In this document: positions 38,354 through 51,426 of the stretch, in pieces | Layout: every line of letters starts with the position of its first letter | How positions within the stretch are numbered: the stretch's first letter is position 1 | Assembly (NCBI GenBank): GCA_002189035.1 | Contig: NEEC01000018.1 | Coordinates: 1,550,001-1,614,000 of the forward strand | Direction: 5' to 3' | DNA: 64,000 nt | From: Utricularia gibba | Taxonomy: Eukaryota; Plantae; Magnoliophyta | Translations under genes and position numbers: made by a program | Notes under the pieces: model-generated | The model's database searches: none | The model's input: only the letters and a program-made list of their open reading frames with translations | What the model was told of the DNA's origin: nothing

Positions 38354-38908
38354 TCAAATCTCAGAAACATGAGGGCTGCCGAGGTTGAAGGAGAGGAGTT
38401 CTCGAACCGGGGGGTACTCGACCAGTGAGATCTCTGTCGCATAGCCACTAACGGGAAGCTTCAGATCGCGTAGAACAGCAAATGCATCAGCCATTCTAGC
38501 TCTTGGGACTTCCTTGGCAACAGGGCAATGAGGAATCCAGGAATCTGAGCGGTATTCGTCTGCTATGTCAACGCCTTCCTTCTTCAGTCCATCGCAGAGC
38601 TGAGAATGGAATTGAAGGAGAGAAAATGTTGGGGTTGGGCAGAGGAACAGAACACCATTGTCATGTGGGAGGCTCCCAATGGAAGAGAAGGACAAAGCTA
38701 GAGGCTCTTGCTTTGCGAAACTCCTCAACACATTCTCTAGTTTAGAAATATCAATGAAAGGACTAGAAAATAATGTAAGATGTGGCCGAGATTCAATATC
38801 CAGAAGCTCGGTGCTGATTTGCCTTCTAGCCAGGATGTTCCATGCTTTCAAGACCTGATTCTCCAGGGCAGGATCAAAGTAGAGTTCAACAGCGTAGCCT
38901 TGCGACAT
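38354..38908 (-). CDS. 2H phosphoesterase (RNA ligase / cyclic nucleotide phosphodiesterase family, At5g40190-like), intronless CDS
   Basis: MSQGYAVELYFDPALENQVLKAWN, first 2H motif RPHLTL, second motif WIPHCPV. Probable 5' UTR intron ~39128-38915. Confidence 0.88.
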   Translation of the reverse strand: MSQGYAVELYFDPALENQVLKAWNILARRQISTELLDIESRPHLTLFSSPFIDISKLENVLRSFAKQEPLALSFSSIGSLPHDNGVLFLCPTPTFSLLQFHSQLCDGLKKEGVDIADEYRSDSWIPHCPVAKEVPRARMADAFAVLRDLKLPVSGYATEISLVEYPPVRELLSFNLGSPHVSEI

Positions 38909-40076
38909 TGGATCTGAATTCTCTCAGTCAATACAAGAGAACCACCGCACTGGGAAAAATCAAGGAAATAATACAGCCACTCACAGAAATTACAACACAA
39001 TTAATTAGAGCAAACAAGAACCCAGAAACAATAATTAGCATCTAAAACATTGCAATTCAATCCAAGTTCAAGGGCAGAAACATGAACAGAAAAACGAAAA
39101 CTTTAGGAGCTGAATGGAAAACCCTTACGATGAGCACCCCAGATGGAATTCCGTCGACCCAGAAGCGCCAACAACGTAAAAAGCAATTCACCAAATCTTG
39201 TCGGGCAATTGAAGCGTGCCAGAGAGACTGAAGGAGACTGGAACTTCACAAGGGGTTTTTGAGATGCAAACTTTAGGATCCAAGCGCATGTGAAAACACT
39301 TTAATGGCAGTCAAAGCTTTATATTCCACACACTCAATCCAACCAACGCCTCAATTTTAAAGCCCTAGGGCTCCTCCCAAATCCTTTTAACCGCGACAAC
39401 GCCCAAAGTCAGCTGGGTTGCTTTTTGTGTGTACGCTCCAACCTCTTCGATGAATCCCCTTTTTTCAGGAAACAACAAAAAAAAGGATCCAACTTCAAAT
39501 GGGTAGTTAAGCTGGGGTTTCGGTTCATTCCCCGCTGACAAAGAAAAGTATCACCTTAATCTACCACACAGTGGACCGCACCATTGTAGGAACGGAATCC
39601 ATGGAGGGATACGGCCGGCTGAAGTGGCGATAAACCGCGTGTGTAGTTGGAAAAATTAACAGATCCCGGATGCGCCGGCCAGACCAACAATCCGGGCCAA
39701 GCCCAGAGGATTTTTGGTCCGGGTTGTTGCGGATCGGCCCAGTTCATTATAATAATTATCTGGCCCAAGAAGCCCATTGAAGGGACGAGAAAAGAGTGGG
39801 CTGAATCAGGGTCCGGGAACCGGGAACCGGAATCTGCCGGTCGCTTAGCGCAGCTCACGCTTCGCACGTGCGCCAAAAAGTGGTTGAGATAACGACAAGG
39901 CGCAGTTGGATGAGGTCAAAATAGAGATGCCCGCGAGTCCTGTCACGGGCCCACAGTGTCCGGTCCTCACCGCATTGAACACGTGTCTTACAGTGATCCA
40001 TTCAATTCCAAATGAAATGATATTTTATTCATGATTAAATTTCAATAATGTGTTTAATTTATTTAAATAATAATTT

Positions 40077-40608
40077 TGATGGGGGATAAAGTGGGTAAGT
40101 CTAATCCGCTTCTGAAAAGCTGCAAGAAGTAACTACGATGGGACAATACCAATTGACATACCGATATCTGTCATAAATTAAATCTGACATGTATAATCAT
40201 ATGACACAATCTGAAAAGCGGCTGAATTATGACATAACAGGCGGTCAATATATTAAAAGCGAAATCGTATAACAGGTACAGAAAGCAACCGACATTTGCA
40301 GACGTCAGGATTCGGTCAGATTAAGCTCTTCTATAAATAGAAGTAACTATGATGAAAATGGGGTAAACTTTGAGAACTTTTCAACTTGTATTCTCTTTTT
40401 AGCCACCTCGGTCTAGTGAAAATCTCTTCCGGCGAATTCTGATAGCTTTGTGGTTTTTCCGTCTTTCGATGATTTCCACGTAAAAATCTTTGCTTACTCT
40501 CATTTCAATCGAACCAACCGTGAAAAACGCAATTAAGTGTGATATTCTCATCTTGCACTTATCACCCTAAAATCGACCCCCCATCGTACATCAATTTTAC
40601 CCACAACA
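40077..40608 (+). mobile_element. solo LTR of an LTR retrotransposon (probably Ty3/gypsy non-chromovirus type)
   Basis: Starts TG (TGATGGGGGATAAA) and ends CA (TTTTACCCACAACA) with an imperfect terminal inverted repeat. Identical 5-bp flanks AATTT (40072-40076 and 40609-40613). Internal CTATAAATAG TATA box at 40331-40340. No internal coding region. Confidence 0.85.
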
Positions 40609-41547
40609 AATTTTATTTTTTTAATCAACCTTTATGATTTTATGTTCTCAATTACTCATAAAAATATCGTATGAGATTATGATGTAATTCTTATATTTAA
40701 ATATTATTTCCTTCTTAGCTCGTAAACAATGTCGAACATTATGATGTATACATTTTTTAGTTTGATTTTAATATCTAATTTTATTATTTATGTTCTTCTA
40801 ATATGATATTAACCGTTTTTTTTCAACATTCAAGTCTTAATTTTACATTCTTCAGTTCTAAAATATTTTAAAATATAATTCAAAATTATTATAATCAATT
40901 TAACCCATTATAAAAAAATTACTATAAAATGTGTGATTAAATCTAAAAATGAGTTCAGTCTTTTTTTAAAGTAAATCTACCTGCAAAATACAATCAAACG
41001 CTTTATTCCTTACATCCCCATCCATAAAATGAGCATATCACCTATTTTTGCTAAAATATCTTATCTATTTTTATTTGTAAAATATTCTATTTTTTAACTT
41101 TTAGTTTCCAAAATATCCTATAAATGAATAATAAAATTAGTTGTTTTCATAGATTAATTTTAGAGATACTTTTATTGAAGGTTACTTAAGGTTTAAAGTT
41201 TCAATTTATGTTTCAGTTTTTAAGATTTAAGTTTTTTTTTTATTGGTTCCGATTATGGTTTGAATTCGCATTAGAAATTTGATTTCGAAACCTAAATCGA
41301 ATGTTATATTTGATTTCATATCTTATTTGATTTGGAGTTTAGTGAATCAATAATACATGGTGTAGGGGACATATGAGTGTGTAATAACTCAATAAATTAA
41401 TATTTTGTAATTATCTTTTTAGAGAAATATGTAATTTTTATTACTATTTTGGATATTCTAATAACTGACATGAATGCGTCGTGACGTATTCATAGTTGAC
41501 AAATTATGAACAAAAAGCAATCAGGTCGCTCGGAGGATCGGCGGGGG

Positions 41548-43107
41548 TTACACCGGCGGCGAGCTTTGCTTTCGGCTACTCAAAAGAGGGGTGTGCTCAT
41601 CCGCCGTGTCGTTCGTCGGCGATGGGACTTCAAACTCGTCTTCCGTCTTCTCCCCGGCCTTCCCCCACACCACCATGTAGAATCCGATGGAGATGACGAC
41701 GGATCCGATCACGCTGTGTAACATCCATTCAGTAGCGGTTAGAAGAACGTCACACTGTGGAACTTCGCGGCAATGAAAATATTCGGTTAAGAGCCATTAC
41801 CATCCAAGATACAGATTGTCGCCGAGAAGAAGTACGCCGGAGACCGCCGCGATCGCGATCGACAGCGGCCGGAATGACGCCACATACACTGGCCCCTTCA
41901 CATTCAGTGCCCAGGTGTGAACTAAAATACCAAATCCCGTCCCGATTACTCCCTGGAAAAGAGAAAAAGAAAGTTTAGTGATTTGGGATGAATTGTTGGT
42001 TCCGAAGTAATGGGACCATACCGCATACAGGATCGACCAGAGTCGGACATCCGCCGGAACCCGCCACGCCGCTGCCCTGGGCTCCGATGGTATGCAGAAG
42101 GGTAAGGCGGAGATGCAAGCGAAGACATTGAAGAAGAAGACGACCAACAGTTCTCCGGGATATTCCCTCACGAACATGGACTGCGATTCCCCACCAATCG
42201 TAGAGTTTTAATGGCGAATACTTCAACTACTGGGACGAAGGGCGGGTGCAGTATACCTGGCAGATGTACCATACGGTGCCAATTAGATAGCTCAAGGCTA
42301 ACATTCCGCCGCCGATGATCCAATCGGAGTCCGCCGTCGCTCCTCTGGTCGCTGCCGCCGCCGCCGCCTTCCTGTATACGGCTTGATGCGGATCGATCAG
42401 GATCGGGCCCTTGAACAGAACCACCACAACGGCTCCTACTATAGACACTAACGTCCCCGCAATTTTGATCTGACTGGTCCAGCTTCTTATCCTCAGAGCT
42501 TCCATTCTGCCATGGAAGACAAACCCATCACAAATCATACCCAGAAAACACACAAACCAGAAGAAGAAGTAGAAGAAGAAGGGAACCTGAGAAGGACAGC
42601 AAGGAGGAAAGTAGCAGCAGGGACGATGTTACTCATGGCAGAACCCAGAGTAGGATTACTGTACTCGATCCCCTTATACCCAAAGTACTGCGCTGCAAAC
42701 CTTGAAGAAGAAACAAAGAGCACCCCACTTCAAAAAACGAAATCTTTCCCACAAAACAATCTACGATCCGAAACAATACCCAAGAGCTCCAACGAGGAAG
42801 AATTTCGCCAGCAGAAGAGGACTCAGCGGAGGAAGCCCTTTATTCCTGCAGCAAACACACAGTCAATTACCCAAACAAAGAAGAACAAGAACAGAAAGAG
42901 AGTATTGACTCACCTCTGGAAGAGGAAGCAGAGTGGGAGTAGCACCAGAGCGGAGGTCGCGTAGGAGTAGACCATGAAAACATTGTGGCTGAGGCCGGCG
43001 GAGACGGCGGCCTTGAAGATGGTGCTCTGGCCGACGTTGGTGCATTCTGCGATGATCATTACAGCGAAGGCGAGCACCTCCCTCACAAGGCTCTTGTCTC
43101 CCACCAT
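41548..43107 (-). CDS. WAT1-related / UMAMIT (nodulin MtN21, EamA) transporter, multi-exon
   Basis: FAVMIIAEC.NVG.STIFKAA, GYKGIEYSNPTLGSAMSNIVPAATF, KIAGTLVSIVGA, KGPVYVASFRPLSIAIAA and GSVVISIGFYMVVWGK. Stop at 41548-41550. Confidence 0.92.
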
Positions 43108-44013
43108 TTTCCTTTACTTTTTCCTGACTGGAGGGATGACAGCAAGGATGACACACATGGCGTGTGTGTTATATAGGTGAGTGATAGGAGGAGAGCAAAC
43201 ATATTTAATTGTGTTTGGATGGGGTAAGCATTGGGTGGCTCTCGTCTTCTCTGTACGGCATTCGCTTTCGGCTGCGTGCACGCCATAAGAGACCGGGGAT
43301 GCACGGAGTAATTTTATGTTTCTAAGAGGGTGTTCCTTTTTATATTCGAAATAAATAAAATTAAAATATTAACATATACTAAAAATTAAAATATTAAAAT
43401 TTTTATATTCGAAATAAATAATACCGTAAATCATTGTTTTAAAATCATTGATTCGATTAAAAATTGGATAATTAATTTTTTAAAGATGGATTTACTTTAT
43501 TTAAATTATTGAATTCGTTAAATTGATTGTAAAAATATTCAAAAAGTGCAACCCATTTTTACAGCATTAATGCAAACAAGTGTACGCCAGCAAACTTTGG
43601 GTTAGGCAAAACAGGTACTTAAGAGATGTCACTCACACAAATTTGAGTGGTCAGAAAAACCTATTAGATAGAAGATTCTTTATTCGCAAAATATGAATGA
43701 AAATGGACTACCCCCATTTTAGGCCCGTTGGACTTCGCATTTGGTTGGTTTACAGGCCCGTGACTGGTCTACTTGCAGGATGCGAGCCGGTATCGTTGTT
43801 CTTGTTTCCGTTGGGGTTCATGTTAGGTCATTGAAGTGCTTTTGCTCGGGTTTTGGTGTTAGAGCATTTATGAAGTTCTAGCTGCAAAGACAGAAACACA
43901 AAGGATCCTCACGGGAACACGACCACACGAAGCATCTGGTGTTGATAGTAATTGAAGGCGGGAGGGAGAAACACGGAGTAGCACAACTTCAGGACATTGA
44001 AGATGACGTTATT

Positions 44014-44883
44014 TCAGATGGCAGCTGTGGCAACAGCAAGAGCTCCAGCTTCGGTTAGCAGGGGGACTAGCTTTCCTTCCTTGTGAATGGCTGTTGTTGC
44101 TGCAGATGAATTACAAATGGCGTCAGAAAAACATTCGTTGTAAACAGTGTCAAATGATCAGGATCTGAGTAAAAGGAAACACATTCTCAGGAAGCAGAGA
44201 CAAGGCTAACGAGCAAAATGTCAGTCTGTTGTCAACACAACTAGAAGCTACGAGCGCAGGTATCATATTGGTTGTTATTAGAAACGGAAACGGAGATGCA
44301 AGTATGCCAAATCGCGTTACCATCGCAGCCACCAATGTGCTTTTTGCCAATAAACACGTTCGGTACAGTGCGCTGCCCGGTCCATTGAGCTAGAGCCGCC
44401 TGAATATCACTTCCGTCTCCTATAACTCAGAAACCAGTTTAGCATGCGAATTTTACGCATCGACAAACAGAGGAACGGAATACCTAATCAATTACTGAGC
44501 TGACTTAATTTATACAAGAAAATTCATGGATCTACGATAACTGAAACGAGAACCTTCGATATCGAGTTCCACAGCCTTGAAGGAAGCTCCGACATCGGTG
44601 AGTAATTTCTTCACTCTCACACAGAAAGGACAGTACGTTTTGCTGTCACCGCAACCAAATACAGATCTCACAAATCACCGTAACCAAATACAAAACTCAA
44701 AAATCACCAAATGAATCGCCAGGCTTTCGATTTCTCGAATCAGAAACCGCGAACGAAAATCAAGCAAATCTATACAAGAAATCGAAGCGCAAAGAGTAGC
44801 TTCTTCAAAGGTGAAAGATAAACGAACCTGAAGACGACGACAGCATTCGAGTCAACGAGCTCCTTAACCTTTTCCAACGCCAT
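44014..44883 (-). CDS. GRXC2: glutaredoxin, CPFC active site (GRXC2-like), 4 exons
   Basis: Spliced product MALEKVKELVDSNAVVVFSKTYCPFCVRVKKLL..., QWTGQRTVPNVFIGKKHIGGCD and GKLVPLLTEAG. It is not in the ORF track because the exons are short. Confidence 0.92.
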
Positions 44884-45313
44884 ATCCGATTACCTTACCC
44901 GACGTCTCTCTCCGAGTCCTTCAGCGCTTCCCAATTTATAGAAGAAATATCAGCTCCAATCACCGCAGAAATAGTAGCTACACGCGTCACTGATTGCGTC
45001 ATCATGGGCCCGCACACGAATATAACATTATTTCATTAACTTCCAAAAACATTGGCATTTCCAATATTTCAATTAATGAAAAAATATTTCTGTCATAAAA
45101 GATTTGTCGTCCACACTTTCTTAAAGAACATGATTCAGTCACTTTTTTAAATAACATTCTTTCCGGAAGGAATTTCCCTTCGCGGACCCCGACCCCCACA
45201 AGGCCACCATTTCGTCTAGATACATAGAGCCCGCTGGTCATACGTACTCTGAATATGGTCTTTCTTTATTGAATACAATCTTTTCAGTTTATTGCCTGGG
45301 CCGCTATGAAACA

Positions 45314-47986
45314 TTAAACAGCCCGGGGCGCATGGAGCTTAGGCTGGAGAGTCTGTGAAACGGCATCAATGAATTCCTCTGTGCTCAAGTAAAACTCTCG
45401 AGAAGCCCTGTAAACATGGCGAGCAGTGAGTACAATCAGTAAACCAGACCGAAAATAGGAGAGATGGGAAAAAACATACTTGGGGCCATGAACTAAGATA
45501 GCGAGGTCTTTCGTCATATTTCCGGATTCTACGGTCTCTATGGATGCAGCTTCCAAGGCATGAGCGAAAAATAAGAGCTCCTCGTTAGAGTCAAGCGTGG
45601 CCCTGGTACAGATGATGTGCAAGTGAAGGTTATCGACAAATTATAGTAGATAAATACTTGTGCATATCAAATTGTTAGCCATGCTGATTGAGAGTACTCA
45701 CCTGTGTGCTAATCCTCGTGTCCAAGCGAATATAGAGGCGATACTGTTGGTACTGGTTTCTTGACCCTTCTGATGCAGTCTGAAGTGTCGGGTTACAGTC
45801 CCATGAGCTGCCTCTGCTTCTAATGTCTTTCCGTCACCAGATAACTACACGGGAAGGGAAGGTTTTATGACGCCAAAGGAGAGGGGGAAGGGGAGATAAG
45901 GTTCACGTGTGAAGACGAACCAGAACCGAGGTCATGAGACCGAGAGATCCAAATCCTGTGAAAGGCATATGTATGTATATAAGCCGAACTATGAACAATG
46001 AATTGGATGACATTTCAAATGAGTACCTTGGGCAAGTAAATCACTTTGTACATCTCCATCATAGTTTTTGCAGGCCCAAACGTATCCACCTTCACTCTTC
46101 ACTGCATACGCGACCATATCATCAATTAACCGATGCTCATACCTGAAAAAGCAGACCAGGACCATATGGATTTCTGTTGATAGAATGGTTGCATTAAGAT
46201 TAGTTTCGTCACAGAGCAGGACCATATGGATTTCTGCTCGAATTTTTCCTTCCATTTTTCTTCGTAAACCTCCTGAAAGATATCCTTAAACCTGAAAGAA
46301 TAATGATAATGGTGGCATGGATACAATGATTGCTAGTCATCACAGGAGATGGTGAAATGTTACGAAGTAGATGAATACAAATCTATCACCTGCCATCATA
46401 CTTCTTTAGAATTGTATTCTTTGTGCTCAAGTACAGAGGCCACTTCTTATTGTAGGCCATTGCCATTGATGATTCCGCAAATGCTCTTATAGACTGGTAT
46501 GTATCACCCGCATTTAGGAAAAATTATAAATCATTGAAAAGAATGTGTAGGATGTAACCTCATTCAGGAAATTACAAGGACCGTAAATAAACTAGTATAC
46601 CTGGTCGATGTTATACATAGCAAGGGCAACTCCTGGTCCTTTAAAATCATACACATCCAATTCTAAAGGTCCACTCCCATTATCTGGTTCTGTGAAGTAT
46701 ACCGAAACATCCTTCTAAGCAATGGATCCTACAGATGTATATTCATGATAATGACAAGCTACAAACTCACCAAAAACAATTTTAAGTTTTCCAGGTCCAT
46801 CTATAAGTGTATCTGTGGCACGGTACTGATCACCAAATGCATGCCTGCCGATGCAGATGCGTTTCTTCCATCCTGCACAACACAACTCAGTCACGACACC
46901 CTAGGTCTGCGCTGAACAACAGGTTTCTATCTTAAAAGCTTTGGAGCAGTGGTTACCAGGAACAATACGGGGAATGTTTCTGCACAAAATAGGCTCACGG
47001 AAAACAGTTCCTACAAAATTTTGGTATCGATGTCATTACAACAGCGGAACTTGTTTCACTAGGCACAAATAATCTAATGATAAATCTGACCATTTAATAT
47101 ATTTCTGATAGTCCCATTAGGACTTCTCCACATGGATTTCAGCCCAAATTCCTTGACTCTCGTCTCATCTGATGAAATATATATTCCATAAAAGAAATAT
47201 TAGTTATGAACTTCTCACTCTCGAGACAGCCAAGAAAAGATAACAACCTGGAGTAATTGTAGCACATTTTATTGCAACATTGTACCTTGAAGAATACATA
47301 TAACATTACAAAAATGTCAAATAACCTCAAAGATCACGTATGTATGCCGTTATGCAACAAATGCTTGTAAGTTCCAAACAAATACCCAGAATAGAAGCAG
47401 AGAAAATAGATGAACTCACTCGAGCGCTGCTTCAGCACTCTCAACGGTAACTTTATCATCCGTGGCATCCCGGTTCAGTATTCCCAGGTCAAAGTACTTG
47501 ATATCCAACTCCAGATTTGGAAGTATCAACTACAGTAGACAAAAGAAACTACGCGAAAAAATGAGGAATAGAATAACAACATCATGAATGAAGAAGATCC
47601 CCGCATCCTCACCTTGTCTTTAATCATTTTCCATATCACTCGCGTCATTTCATCACCTAGAATCAGAGAAAACAACGCGTAAACATCAAAGACTCCTAGC
47701 TTCGTCAACGCAAAGCCCTCAAGCGCTCACCATCCATTTCAACGATTGGATTCTTCACCCGAATTTTCTCAACAGCGGCCGTACCGAAGCATCGGATAGA
47801 ATCATTACGACCGCGACTGGAGAAAGAAAGTCTGTTACCAAAAAAACAGTTACCGCGCAGCTTCAAATCACCGCAATACGCCACTTTAGGGCTAGTACTC
47901 GCGGTATAACACGACGAACTCGTCGCTGCGGCGGCGATGGTCATGGCGGTCGGCCGCAAGCGGTAACTGAGGCGGAGAGCCAACAT
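45314..47986 (-). CDS. NADP-dependent isocitrate dehydrogenase, chloroplast/mitochondrial isoform, multi-exon
   Basis: Transit peptide [10 protein letters not shown]..., [70 protein letters not shown] and [11 protein letters not shown]. Confidence 0.93.
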
Positions 47987-48216
47987 CGGATCTCACTCGA
48001 CGCTGGGTTTATGAAGACTTTGGGGTTTAACGTCTCTAGCGCAAAACCCGGCTTATGCCTGTGAAAATATCCAACATTTTATTTATTTTATGTGTTTTAA
48101 TTTATAATTTGCGTTTATATATAAATTAAAATACAATATTATCCGCCTTCTACAACACTGCGTTTACATGAACCCCAAGAGCACCTGGGAAAAATGCCTC
48201 TTCTGGAACAGAGCCT

Positions 48217-51200
48217 TCACTGGACTCTGTTAGTGCATGTCATGATAGCTGCTTTGAGTTCTTCTTTGCACAGGGAAGTTTGAACAAGCACCTGAGGCAA
48301 ATCACGCAGCTAAATGAGGTTACCTTCAGTCGAAATATATGCGAAAACACGACGACGAACGGAAGTCGAACCTCTTGTACTCGATTCCCAGAACGAGCGA
48401 GAAGTTTATACTGATCTTCAAGCATGGAAGCCATGTATACCTGCCACAGGGAGCTATGCATCATTAGTTTGTGCTTGAAAATATGTCAGCATTCCAGTTG
48501 AGGCTAGCAAAAGATCATCCTTGGCATTTGGTTCATGGTTTTGAGATTCAAAGACTAGACAGGCTATGGACTCAAGAGATTCACCTGAAAAGTTGGTACC
48601 AAACCGGGGCTCAAAAAGTAGCGTCCCTTGGAGACAGAATGGATTCCTTCAAACTGTTCTAGTTCTCTCATAAGTGATTCCACATCAGTCCACTGGTTAA
48701 TCATGAGAAAAAACCAGGATGAGAAACAAGATTGGAAGTGCTATGTTGTTTTGATCATTAGTTCTTTACACTGGACAACCTCAGTATCATTCTCTGCTTC
48801 TTGAAGCCCACCATCGATGGAGCTTTTGTCTCCAATGACAGCTTCCAAGGCCCCCATCAGGGGATCTGGCTGTGACGCAAAAAGAGATAGAGATGGGGCT
48901 CTTTTTCTAGTACTTTTCATTTCATCAAGTGTTTCACAAGGAAAGAATTATGCTATTGCCTTTTAGAAACTTACAGTAACTTCCTTCAGGGACAAAAATA
49001 TTCGTTCAAGTGCAAAATCCAGCTGATAAACCTTGGCCTCAAGAATCTGTTCAGAAAGTAGTTATTTTAGCTACAATTTGAAAGAAACACCACAAAATTT
49101 TGAAAGGAAAAGAGGTGCATGCCTGACCAACTTGGAAGTATGTAGAAGGATCCAAGTTGCCGTCCCAAGAAACCTCTGTCTGATGAATGAGTGCAGGCAC
49201 ACCTTGTACCTAATACATGGATGAACAGAATCACATCAAATAGAGGGCTACTATACAATAAGCAACCCAGATTAACTAAATTTATCACAGGGTAGAAATA
49301 AATTACATCCCCAATGTAGATTTCTGTCTTACCACCACAAAGATACCAAAGTATGTAATTTTTGTAATACAACACTTGACAATATCCCCAACACTTAGCT
49401 GTGCCTGCAGTGAAGATGGATAAATCTTAGAATAACATGCTATCAAAAAGAAAACTACTGTATGCAGTAAGAAAGTATTCCAACCATGAGACCTCTCTTT
49501 CTTTCAACCAATTCTTCTTTCTCCTTCGGTTTAATTGAAAATATTAGCTTGCGCGAATTTCTGTTGGCCAACAGAACACCCACTTTGATTTTCTGTAAAT
49601 AGGGGAAGAATATAAAGAACAGAGAATACAGGTGGAAATCTCGTCTAGAATGGTAATTCTAATCCAACCTGACCAATGAAAGATGATAAGAATTTTTCTT
49701 TCTCAAGGTCATAGATCTTGAGAAGTTCCTCAAGCTTCATATCAGGTGTTACTGTAGCATGGCTGCTATCAACAACTACCCCATCTTCCTCATGCTCCAT
49801 GTTGTCTAGAAGGGCAGTAGCATCATATTTTCCAATCACACCAAGGCTCTGTCTGTAATTTGAAGGGTCTAATCCCTTTTTTCTCAACCATGATTCAAAG
49901 GCCAGGAATTTCCACCTTGCAGATAGATTGCGATAAGGTAAAAATCCTATCAAAGAACCGAATGAAGCCTGAAAACAAAGAGAACTTGAAAATTTCAGAA
50001 TGATACAATGTTAAACAAGGAATTGACACTTGTAAACCTTATAGAAATTTAACGCACTACGAATCCTTTAATACTCGAGCTAATCAGCTCCACGTCAGCT
50101 CTTCCACCGGTTTTAACCAGCTCATCTGCCTTAGCCCAATCATTCTCCTCATTTTCCTGAAAAGAAACAATTAAATAGACTCCTCCAGATAAAGAATGTA
50201 TATAATAACCGCAGGTGATAGAGAACCATGATAGCTGAAGTCCCCACAAATTTTTCAAGTTCTAATGGATACTCCAAACTTTTGTACTTCCCAGAAGAAA
50301 TTCCCTCTCCATTTTTTTGATCTTTTGGTTTCTCATATTGGTCAAATCTGCAACATAGTTTGATGGTAAAATAAATAAAGAGTTACAACTACATATGTTT
50401 AACAAAGCAATACCTTTTGGGCTTTCCCTTTAGAAGAGTATCCATGGGCATTGCAGATGTCATTCTAGCAGGACTGGCGGATTCATATGCTCCCCCAACA
50501 GGCAATGACTGAGTCTGCAATTCTTGAATAGGTACAGAAACACATACATGAAAATGTGGCCTAGTGCATTCAAGATCAAAACAATCTTTAGAGAAATAAG
50601 TCTGATTACCCATTGCAGACGCTTCATCAACTGCTGGGAAAGAATTATCACCATCCTTCTTGCTGGGTTCAGGTCTAATATTTTGAAACTCAGGCTTTTT
50701 CAACAATGTAACATCACTAATCTTCTCCCTCTGCACATCGTTCTGCACTCTAATAGGTGGATTAGGCTTCAAGCCAAGCCTCGAATTCTCATTCATCCCA
50801 TCATCCTCAATAAATCTGCTGGGTTTTCGCAAACTGATATCAGGAGCACGATTGTTACTCTCCTTAGGAGTTCCTTCTGATGGAATGTTAGAGATGCTTC
50901 CCACTGTGTCAAACGATTCACTGCTTGTCTCAAACTTCACTCCCTTTTTTAGACTTGGCCGAACCAAGTTTAAGCCTTGCATCGATGTTTCAGGATTCTT
51001 TCTGCCAGGGAGATCAAATGGAACCTCCTCTATGTCTTCATGCAGTGGTTTTCCCTTCCTTTTCTGTAATAATTTCTCAATTTCCAAATTCGACATGCCT
51101 GGATACAACTTTCTCCCCATCACCTGAAAATCCAAAAACTCTTCTGTACTGACTACATTTCATCGCGTTCCCTATAGCACTAACAATCAACATGAAAGTA

Positions 51201-51426
51201 AGTTTACCTTTGCCATAGTGAGCTTGGGGTTTTCTCCAATCATTCTTCCAAACTTGAGTTCCATTCGATCCCACTCATCAAGATCTGGCTCATCTTTGGA
51301 AGCAAAAATCGAGATTTTTCTGGGTTTTCGAGACGGGGGATTCAACGTAGATAACCTACGGGAATGAGAGAGGGGCTGCTTGAAGAACTGAATCGGAGAC
51401 GAGCTACTGATAGTGAAACCATCCAT
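48217..51426 (-). CDS. SDP: chloroplast S1-domain RNA-binding protein (At1g12800/SDP-like), multi-exon
   Basis: SKDEPDLDEWDRMELKFGRMIGENPKLTMAK, DVTLLKKPE, GFLPYRNLSARWKFLAFESWLR, YDLEK.KFLSSFIGQ and MASMLEDQYKLLARSGNRVQE. Last exon ends ..AIMTCTNRVQ*. Confidence 0.85.
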
